A stretch of 64,000 bases of DNA from Eledone cirrhosa (taxonomy: Eukaryota): positions 91,512,001 to 91,576,000 of the forward strand of contig OZ024744.1 in assembly GCA_964016885.1 (NCBI GenBank), given 5' to 3'. Shown here piece after piece: positions 53,715-64,000 of the stretch. A program made the position numbers and the translations under genes. A model generated the notes under the pieces. That model did not search any database. It was not told the DNA's origin and saw only the letters and a list, made by a program, of their open reading frames with translations. Each line of letters begins with the position of its first letter. Positions within the stretch are counted from its first letter, which is position 1.

Positions 53715-53789
53715 TTAACTGAGAATGCTGAGTAAAATAGGCATGCAACTTATGTAAAATAAATATTTATACATATACACACTTTGATG

Positions 53790-54643
53790 CATGCACACAC
53801 TGAACACATGCACACGCACACACATACAAATACATGTACATGCACACACAAATACATGCACACGCAAACACAGACACACACACATGAACACACAAACACA
53901 GACGCACACACAAATACATGCTCACGCACACACACAGACACTGACATACACACATGAACACACAAGCACAGACGCACACACAAATACATGCTCACGCACA
54001 CACACAAACACTGACACACACACATGAACACACAAATACATGCACACGCACACACACACACAAACACTGACACACACACATGAACACACAAACACAGACG
54101 CACACACAAATACATGCACACGCACACACACAAACACAGACACACACACATGAACACACAAATACATGCACACGCACACACAAACACAGACACACACACA
54201 TGAACACACAAACACAGACACACACACAAATACATGCACACGCACACACACACACAAACAAACACAGACACACACACATGAACAGACACACATGAACACA
54301 CAAATACATGCACACGTACACAGACACACACACAAACACATACGCACGCACCTATGTGTATGCGTCAGTGGTTGTGCTTGTGCGTATCTGTTTATGGGTA
54401 AGATAAAATGTTCAAGATGTTTGCTTTGCAGTCATGGCAGCCTGGTGAGGTCATAGGTTCAATTCCAATGACTGACACCTTGGTTAAACTGTCTTTTATT
54501 CTAGACTTAATGGTAACTGAAATCTTGGCAGGGAGATTGGGTAGACAGAAACATTGTAGAAGCCCGTATTATATATTTCTGATTTATTTGTAGAAATGTT
54601 CTCATCTTCGTTGTTAAAATCCCAGTGTTGTGACTTATGCGTG

Positions 54644-54681
<38 letters not shown>

Positions 54682-55075
54682 CCATCATCATCATGATCAC
54701 CATCATCATCATCATCATCACGATCATTGTTATGATCATTGTCATTATCATATTCACCACCACCGCCACCACCATCATCATCATCACCACCACTAACATC
54801 ATCAACACCATCATCATCACCATCATCATCATCACCATCAACATCAACATCACCATCATCATCATCATCACCATCATCATCACCATTACCACTACCATCA
54901 TCATCATCATCATCATTATCATCATCATCACCATCACCACTACCATCATCATTATCACCATTACCACTACCATCATCATCATCACCACCATCATCACCAT
55001 TACCACTACCATCATCATCACCACCACCACCATCATCACCATTACCACTACCATCATCATCACCACTACCACTAC

Positions 55076-55107
<32 letters not shown>

Positions 55108-55242
55108 CCATCACCATTATCACTACCATCATCATCATCACCACTACCATCATCATCACCACTACCACTACCATCATCATCACCATCATCATCATCACCA
55201 TCATCATCACGATGATAACCGCTGCCACCACCGTCACCATCA
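53790..55242. repeat. CA-rich minisatellite and (CAT/CAC)n tracts
   Basis: Direct inspection. Confidence 0.9.
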
Positions 55243-56015
55243 CTGTTTACCACCTATTTTGCCTGCTTGCATGGGTTAGACTGATTACTAAGTTATGTGA
55301 CTTACCAGGTGAAAACAGGTGATTATGTCTTGTTCATATGGATCTGCATTTTGGCTTGGTTTCTATGGCTGGACACCTTTCCTAATGCCAACCACATTAC
55401 AGGGTGAACTGGGTACTTTTCTTGCTATGTCATCAGCATCACCCCCTAACAAGGTGGACTGAGAGCTTTGTTTTTGTGGCACCAACACTACTATCTCACA
55501 GAGTTGACTGTGAGCGTTCTATTTGTGGCATCGATACTACCAACTTAACAGGGTGAACTGGGTACTTTTCTTGCTATGTCATCAGCATCACCCCCTAACA
55601 AGGTGGACTACAAGCTTTATTGTGGCATCAACACTACCTCTTAACAGTGTGGCTAGGAACTTTTTTGACATGGCAGCTTACAGGGTAGACTCGGTGCTTT
55701 TGTTGTGGGACCAGTACTACCATGTAACAGGGTGGGACCTAACAGGTGAAAAATGGGTGCTTTTTATTGTGGTATCAACACTACCAACTTACAGGTTGGT
55801 TTGGGTGCTTTTATTGTTGTGTCACCAATGCTACCACCTTACAGGGTGGACTGGGTGCTTTTGTTGTGGCACCAATGCTACCACCTAACAAGGGAAAATG
55901 GGTGCTCTTTTATCGTGCACCAGCATGACCCCTTAATAGGGGTGGGGTCTGAGAGGTTTTGTTGTAGCACCAGTACCTTACAGAGTTGACTTGGTGCTTT
56001 TTGTCATGGCAGCAG
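55243..56015 (-). mobile_element. Old RTE-related 3' UTR with about a dozen highly diverged ~48-bp units
   Basis: tgcttgcatgggttagac tail motif; acagggtggactgggtgcttttgttgtggcacc units. Confidence 0.65.
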
Positions 56016-56525
56016 ACTATATATATATATAAAAATACAAATAAATTATCGAGAATCGGAACTTCGGCCCACGAAATAACGAAACACAATCTTCGAAATG
56101 TGTGGCAAAGTGCTCAATAGTTTGGATAAACCAGAGCTATAACTAACGTTTAATACCAACACACTGAGACAATGCTTAAACAATCATTCACACAGCCAAA
56201 AATACGACCAAGAAAATTCGGGTCAGACAAATAAAAATATATATGAATGAAAAATTTACCTGGACCCCCTGGAAAGATGGTAAATTCTAGCATTTGGGTT
56301 TCTGCGGCTCCTAAATCAGTTACCGTCAGCTTACATAAAAAATATCCGGCTTCTGGTAAGATGATGAACAAGGAATCCACTTTTTCAACAGGCGTTTAGT
56401 TCAATAATACAAGGGAACCCGTTACTAAATCCACGTGGGGACTAGCAAGGGAGGGAACCCCTATATTAGGCGAATGAATTCAGTAGTGTATATTATTGTA
56501 AAAATACATATATATATATATATAT

Positions 56526-57321
56526 AAGAACAGGATGGAAGAAGTTCAGGGAGCCACTGCCACTGCTAGCTGCAAAAGGCTTCTCCCTCAAAATGAAAGG
56601 GAGACTGTATGATACGTGTATCCGAACAGCGATGTTGCATGGTAGTGAGACCTGGGCGCTGAAGGTGGAAGACTTACGTAGATTAGAGAGAAACGAAGCC
56701 TGCATGCTCCGATGGATGTGTAATAGTAATATACGCGAACGACAAAGCATAAATGAATTGAGAGAGAGACTGAGCATAAGAGGAATCAAATGCTGTGTGC
56801 AGGAGAGGCGGTTGCGTTGGTATGGACATGTGATGCATAGGAAGGATGACAGCTGCATAAAAAGGTGCAGAGCACTAGAAGTCAATGGAAACCGCGGAGT
56901 GGGGAGACCCAAGATGACCTGGGATGAGGTGATAAAAGCCGACCTTACCCAATTACACTTCTCAAAAGCGATGACACATGACCGCGACCTCTGGCGTCAC
57001 GCAGTAATACAGAGTACCTGACCTCCAAGCATATAGACAATATGCCCCCACACCCCCCACTGCAAAGTGGTCGTGGAGGTGCCACGGCAAAAAAGCACCC
57101 AGCCCACACTGTAAAGTGGACGTGTAGGTGCCACGAAAAAAAAAGCACCCAGCACTCACTGTAAATGACGTTGGTGTTAGGAAGGGCATCCAGCTGTAGA
57201 AATCAAGCCAAAATCAGTTCCTGTTTGAGCAAGGCATGGTCAGCCGACCGGACACTGCCCACAACAGGACAACCCGTCTAACCCTTGCTAGCTTGGAAGA
57301 ACGGACGTAAAACGGTGATGA

Positions 57322-57325
<4 letters not shown>
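56526..57325 (+). mobile_element. RTE 3' fragment (copy-3 family)
   Basis: Near-identical to 48925-49730 in opposite orientation; both ends lie in (TA)n. Confidence 0.95.
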
Positions 57326-57363
<38 letters not shown>

Positions 57364-57395
57364 AGATCAAAAGATGGTTAAAGGAGTTCCATGTA

Positions 57396-57462
57396 TTTTA
57401 TTATGCACATTTCAAAAACAAACATCATCATGCAATAATATTTGTGTTTTCATCAGATAAAA
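57396..57462 (-). ncRNA. Hammerhead motif family E (left arm)
   Basis: ttttat-CTGATGA-stem II-GAAA-TGTGCA-TA-ataaaa. Confidence 0.7.
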
Positions 57463-57581
57463 CAGGAGAACATGATATGAAGGCTAAAAAACACTTGTGG
57501 ATAGTGCAGTTTTAAATCAACATATCTGCACTATCTGCACTATCCACAAGTGTTTTTTAGCCTTCATATCATGTTCTCCTG

Positions 57582-57648
57582 TTTTATCTGATGAAAACAC
57601 AAATATTATTGCATGATGATGTTTGTTTTTGAAATGCGCATAATAAAA
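57582..57648 (+). ncRNA. Hammerhead motif family E
   Basis: ttttat-CTGATGA-..caaatattat/atgatgtttg..-GAAA-TGCGCA-TA-ataaaa. Confidence 0.85.
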
Positions 57649-57771
57649 TACATGGAACTCCTTTAACCATCTTTTGATCTTATATTATGTATACTCCAGT
57701 CCTACAAACTGTAGAGTGCTTCTTATCCGATATCTGCATTGCTTTATTGTACTACAATAAAACTCACCTCC

Positions 57772-57817
<46 letters not shown>

Positions 57818-57841
57818 TATATTGTATATGGTATATATTAT

Positions 57842-57886
<45 letters not shown>

Positions 57887-57914
57887 ATCAAAAGATGGTT
57901 AAAAGAGTTCCATG

Positions 57915-57985
57915 TATTTTATTATGCGCATTTCAAAAACAAATATCATCATGCGATAACATTTGCGTTTTCGTCAGATAAAATA
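57915..57985 (-). ncRNA. Hammerhead motif family E (CTGACGA variant)
   Basis: tattttat-CTGACGA-..caaatgttatc-gcat-gatgatatttg..-GAAA-TGCGCA-TA-ataaaata. Confidence 0.85.
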
Positions 57986-58195
57986 GGGAGACATGATATG
58001 AAGGTTAAAAAACACTTGTGAATAATGCAGTTTTAAATATAGTAATAATAATAAATTTGAAGACTAAAATCCAAAGAGGGCTCGATAAGGATAAATATAT
58101 ATCAAATATATAAGAACCGTATAGCAAATATTTCAGAAGATCCCGCTAAGAGTGAAAGCAGCGATTCTTTGCTTAAACTTTAATCTGTTATTTTA

Positions 58196-58258
<63 letters not shown>

Positions 58259-58606
58259 AGGTGTATGGTATATTTATCCTGCTTCTCAGTATCATTTGTT
58301 TTAAATCTGTTTTTTTTTTTGTTTTTTTTCCATGCTGGCATGGATTAGATGAGACTTCCAAGGAGAGATATTAATACCTATGCCTAGATATTCTTCTTCC
58401 TGACATCAACCATCTCTTGTTTTTTAAGTAAGGTAGGAATCTTGGGATGTCTCACTGCTGAACAGCAGGATTTCAGTCTCGGTTCATTATATGGAACGTA
58501 AACATAAAAGACCACCGGCAATGTTGAAAGAGAAGAAGGAAAGAGGAGGAAGAAAAAGAAAGAAAAAAAGAGACAAACACACATACACACATGTGCATAA
58601 ACACAT

Positions 58607-58655
<49 letters not shown>

Positions 58656-58671
58656 CGTACACAGATATAAT

Positions 58672-58702
<31 letters not shown>

Positions 58703-58757
58703 ATGTGTGTATTATCATGATGATGATGATGATGATAATACACACATACACACACAG

Positions 58758-58802
<45 letters not shown>

Positions 58803-58814
58803 CACAGATATAAT

Positions 58815-58851
<37 letters not shown>

Positions 58852-58978
58852 ATGTATGTGTGTATTATCATCATCATCATCAACATCATCATCATATACT
58901 TATATATATATATGTGTGTGTGTATGTGTGTATTATCATGATGATGATGATGATGATAATACACACATACACACACAG

Positions 58979-59029
<51 letters not shown>

Positions 59030-59045
59030 CATACACAGATATAAT

Positions 59046-59078
<33 letters not shown>

Positions 59079-59448
59079 CTGTGTATGTATGTGTGTATTA
59101 TCATCATCATCATCATATACTTATATATATATATGTGTGTGTGTGTATGTATGTATTATCATGATGATGATGATGATGATGATGATAATACACACATACA
59201 CACACACAGACATACACACACACATGTATATATATACATATACATACACAGATATAATTATATATATATGTGTGTGTGTATGTGTTTATTATCATCATCA
59301 TCATCATCATATACTTATACGTGTGTGTGTGTGTATGTATGTGTAATCATCATCATCATCGTCATCATCATCAGCAGCAGCAGCAGCAACAGTAGCAGCA
59401 TTGTTAATTTAATGTCCACTTTCCCTGCTAAAAAGGGTTGGACGTGTC

Positions 59449-59518
<70 letters not shown>

Positions 59519-59581
59519 ATATGTTTTTATGAATGCAGTATGTTGCATATATATATATATATATATACATAAGCATGTGTG

Positions 59582-59660
<79 letters not shown>

Positions 59661-59688
59661 AGTGTGTTTGTATTATATATATATATAT

Positions 59689-60405
59689 CGGTCACGTGAT
59701 GCGCATGAAAGACGACAGCTGTATAACAAAGTGCAGGGCAATAAAGATAGACGGTAGCCACGGAGTAGGCAGACCCAGAAAAACATGGGACGAGCTGATA
59801 AATTCCGACCTCACACGCTTACACCTCTCCAAGACAATGTCACTGGACCGAGACCTTTGGCGGTACTCAGTAATAGAGAAGACCCGCCTTACCTAAATAC
59901 AAAGTAAAAACCTACTACAGTCAGTAGGCATCTCTATCAAAACACCCCCCCCGTCCCACCACCTCCACCCCATCCACACCGCCCCTTTCAATGTACAGTT
60001 ATGTTGGTCCCACAACATCCAGGCCGAAACAAATGAGATTGTGTAGGTGTCACGACAAAAAAAACACACAGTCCACGCTGTAAATGTGGCCGTGTAGGCA
60101 ACACGGTAAAAATCTCCCAGCCCCACACTGTAAATGTGGTTGGTGCTAGGAAGGACATCCAGCTGTAGAAAACCCGCCAGACAGTCCACGCTGTAATGTG
60201 GCCGTGTAGGCAACACGGTAAAAACCTCCCAGCCCCACACTGTAAATGTGGTTGGTGTTAGGAAGGGCATCCAACTGTAGAAAACCCGCCAGACAGTCCT
60301 ATGCGAGCAAGACAACCACTCTTGCCTCAAGTGGGAAAACCCCCGTCCAAACCCATGCAAGCGTGGAACACGGACGCTAAACCTGATGATGATGATGATG
60401 ATGAT
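59689..60405 (+). mobile_element. RTE 3' fragment (copy-2-related) with duplicated UTR block
   Basis: [15 protein letters not shown]...GRPRKTWDE; 60068-60181 is repeated at 60181-60295; (GAT)n tail into (TA)n. Confidence 0.9.
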
Positions 60406-60439
60406 ATATATAAATATACATACATATATATATGTATAC

Positions 60440-60493
<54 letters not shown>

Positions 60494-60588
60494 ACATATA
60501 TATACATATATATATATATATATGTATACATATATATACATATATATATATATATGTATACATATATATATATATATGTATACATATA

Positions 60589-60629
<41 letters not shown>

Positions 60630-60689
60630 GTATACATATATATACATATATATATATATATATGTATACATATATATACACATATCTAT

Positions 60690-60748
<59 letters not shown>

Positions 60749-60825
60749 TATACATATATATACATATATATATATATATGTATACATATATATACACATA
60801 TCTATATATATATGTATATGTATAC

Positions 60826-60868
<43 letters not shown>

Positions 60869-61005
60869 TATACATATATATATATATGTATATATATGTA
60901 TACATATATATATATATATATGTATATATATGTATACATATATATATATATATATGTATACATATATATACATATATATATATGTATATGTATATATATG
61001 TATAC

Positions 61006-61082
<77 letters not shown>

Positions 61083-61165
61083 ATTAAATGTAAAGTACTT
61101 CAAACTGAATATGTCTCTGATAATTTTCCTAGGTCATATTTTTATTTATTGGTATATTTATTTGT

Positions 61166-61208
<43 letters not shown>

Positions 61209-62503
61209 TTTTATTTATTTATTTATTCATGTTTGTTTGTTTGTTTGTTTGTTTGTGTCTTATAGTTTATTATAACATTAGTAGTTTACTTTAGAGAGGG
61301 CAAATCAAATGAAAGTCTTACTTTTCCTGGTCATTGATGTGAATCTTTGATAAATGAAGATGGATTGAGATAGAGGGAGGGAAGTAGGTATAGAGAGTGA
61401 GAGAGAGAGATAGAGAGAGAGAGAGGGGGAGAGTGATAGTGGGAGTGATAGAGTGGGAGAGAAAGAGATGGATAGATAGTGATAGAGTGAGAGGGAGGGA
61501 GTGGTAGAGTGGGAGAGATAGAGAGAGAGAGAGAGAGAGGGAGGGAAGAGTGATAGTGGGAGTGATAGAGTGGGAGAGAAAGAGATGGATAGATAGTGAT
61601 AGAGTGAGAGGGAGGCAGGGAGTGGGAGAGTGGGAGAGATAGAGAGGGGTGAGAAATAGAGATAAAGTGTTGTAGGGAGAGTTGAGATGAATGAAAAAAA
61701 AAGTAGAGAGAGAGAGAGGGGGGAAGGAGTGATAGAGTGGGGGAGGGAGAGGTGGATAGATAGTGAGAGAGTGAGAGGGAGGGAGAGATAGAGACTAAAG
61801 TGTTGTAGGGAGAGTTGAGATGAATGAAAAAAAAAGTAGAGAAAGAGAGAGGGGGGAGGGGTATTAAAGTGTTGTTGTTGTTGTTGTTGTTGTTGTTGTG
61901 GTAGTGGTGGTGGTCTTATGGAAATGAATGAATGAAGGAGAGAGATGTAGGGAGAGAGAGAGAGAGATTAAAGTGTTGTGGGGTGGGGGTGAAATGAATG
62001 AAGAAGAAAACGAAGCGAGAGAGAGGGAGAAATAGATAGAGTGACGTAGGGGAGAGAGAAGTAGGAGGAGGAGAGAGAGAGAGGGAGAGAGATTAAAGTG
62101 TTGTGGAAGAGTGGGGGTGAAATGAAAGAAGTAGATGAGCAAGACGGAAAGAGAGAGAGAGAGAAAGAGTAAAAAGATAGATTAGAAAAGTAGAAAGAGA
62201 GATAATGAGAGAGAGAGGGGGGGGAGACGTTGAAGTGTTATGGGGTAAAATGAATGAAGAATAGTGAGAGCTGGAGAGAGAGAGAGATATAGATAGATGT
62301 AGAGAGACATAGACAGAGAGAGAGAGATGTACAGAGAGAGAGAGAGAGAGAGAGATGTAGAGAGACGTAGTCAGAGAGAGAGAGATGTAGGAGAGATATA
62401 TATAGAGAGAGAGAGAGAGAGATGTAGAGAGAGAGAGAAATATGTAGAGAGAGAGAGAGAGAGAGAGAGAGATGTAGGAGAGATGTAGGGAGAGAGAGAG
62501 AGT

Positions 62504-62554
<51 letters not shown>

Positions 62555-62620
62555 GAGTAATGAAAGAGAGATTAAACGGTTTGGCTTGGTATGGTTTGGT
62601 TTGGTTTGGTTTGGTTTCAG
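60405..62620. repeat. (TA/TACA)n, (TTTA)n and (GA)n tracts
   Basis: Direct inspection. Confidence 0.9.
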
Positions 62621-62669
62621 TTATGTAAGTGATACAGTGAGATATTTTGCCTGGCAGAAATATTCCAAT

Positions 62670-64000
62670 GTTGATGTATTGAACTAGTAACACAACAGGA
62701 CAGGTACAGTGTGATGAAGGAGTTAGTGTGGTGAAGGAGTTGGAGTGTGGTGAAGGAGTTTGAGAAGGAGTTGATGTATTGAACTAGTAACACAACAGGA
62801 CAGGTACAGTGTGATGAAGGAGTTAGTGTGGTGAAGGAGTTGGAGTGTGGTGAAGGAGTTTGAGAAGGAGTTGATGTATTGAACTAGTAACACAACAGGA
62901 CAGGTACAGTGTGATGAAGGAGTTAGGGTGGTGAAGGAGTTGGAGTGTGGTGAAGGAGTTTGAGAAGGAGTTGATGTATTGAACTAGTAACACAACAGGA
63001 CAGGTACAGTGTGATGAAGGAGTTAGTGTGGTGAAGCAGTTGGAGTGTGGTGAAGGAGTTTGAGAAGGAGTTGATGTATTGAACTAGTAACACAACAGGA
63101 CAGGTACAGTGTGATGAAGGAGTTAGGGTGGTGAAGGAGTTGGAGTGTGGTGAAGGAGTTTGAGAAGGAGTTGATGTATTGAACCAGTAACACAACAGGA
63201 CAGGTAAAGTGTGATGAAGGAGTTAGGGTGGTGAAGGAGTTAGGGTGGTGAAGGAGTTAGAGGGTGATGAAGAAGTTAGTGTGGTGAAGGAGTTAGAGTG
63301 TGGTGAAGAAGTTTGAGAAGGAGTTGATGTATTGAACCAGTAACACAACAGGACAGGTAAAGTGTGATGAAGGAGTTAGGGTGGTGAAGGAGTTGGAGGG
63401 TGAAGGAGTTAGAGGGTGATGAAGGAGTTAGGGTGGTGAAGGAGTTAGAGTGTGGTGAAGAAGTTTGAGAAGGAGTTGATGTATTGAACCAGTAACACAA
63501 CAGGACAGGTAAAGTGTGATGAAGGAGTTAGGGTGGTGAAGGAGTTAGGGTGGTGAAGGAGTTAGAGGGTGATGAAGGAGTTAGTGTGGTGAAGGAGTTA
63601 GAGTGTGGTGAAGGAGTTGATGTATTGAACCAGTAACACAACAGGACAGGTAAAGTGTGATGAAGGAGTTAGGGTGGTGAAGGAGTTGGAGGGTGAAGGA
63701 GTTAGAGGGTGATGAAGAAGTTAGTGTGGTGAAGGAGTTAGAGTGTGGTGAAGAAGTTTGAGAAGGAGTTGATGTATTGAACCAGTAACACAGCAGGACA
63801 GGTAAAGTGTGATGAAGGAGTTAGGGTGGTGAAGGAGTTAGAGTGTGGTGAAGGAGTTAGAGTGTGGTGAAGAAGTTTGAGAAGGAGTTGATGTATTGAA
63901 CCAGTAACACAACAGGACAGGTAAAGTGTGATGAAGGAGTTAGGGTGGTGAAGGAGTTGGAGGGTGAAGGAGTTAGAGGGTGATGAAGGAGTTAGGGTGG
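62670..64000. repeat. Minisatellite, 100-bp unit that lengthens by gain of 17-19 bp subrepeats
   Basis: ttgatgtattgaac at 62671, 62771, 62871, 62971, 63071, 63171, then longer spacing; subrepeat gtggtgaaggagttag. Confidence 0.95.

Larger units (their letters stand above)
57356..57688. repeat. Palindrome (~153-bp arms) of the family E repeat; third copy at 57880-58037
   Basis: 57356-57509 is the reverse complement of 57535-57688. Confidence 0.95.

Noticed and set aside
62670-64000. Constant repeat plus variable part, resembling a CRISPR array
   Set aside because: The variable parts are copies of one subrepeat, not unique spacers

Overview
This is AT-rich, microsatellite-saturated eukaryotic DNA. 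The SINE/RTE repertoire suggests an octopod cephalopod (inference). No host protein-coding gene can be supported, and most ORFs in the track are simple-repeat artefacts. The window holds three long RTE-clade LINEs. One (48908-52700, minus) is a single TGG>TAG change away from an intact 1039-aa APE-RT ORF, and all three carry a PHD-type (C4HC3) finger inserted inside the RT domain. There are also many 3'-truncated RTE copies, mostly at (TA)n tracts, plus R4/Dong and RTE-X-like fragments, three Penelope-like GIY-YIG fragments, tRNA-derived SINEs, a non-autonomous Helitron, hAT/Tigger/Tc2/mariner/piggyBac-like MITEs and several minisatellites. The least obvious layer is about a dozen minimal type-I hammerhead ribozyme motifs (CTGANGA-stem II-GAAA-palindromic hexamer-TA) in several non-coding repeat families. 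They have long stem II helices, pairing-preserving substitutions between copies, and often sit in fold-back palindromes, as expected for Penelope pseudo-LTR or retrozyme-like elements.
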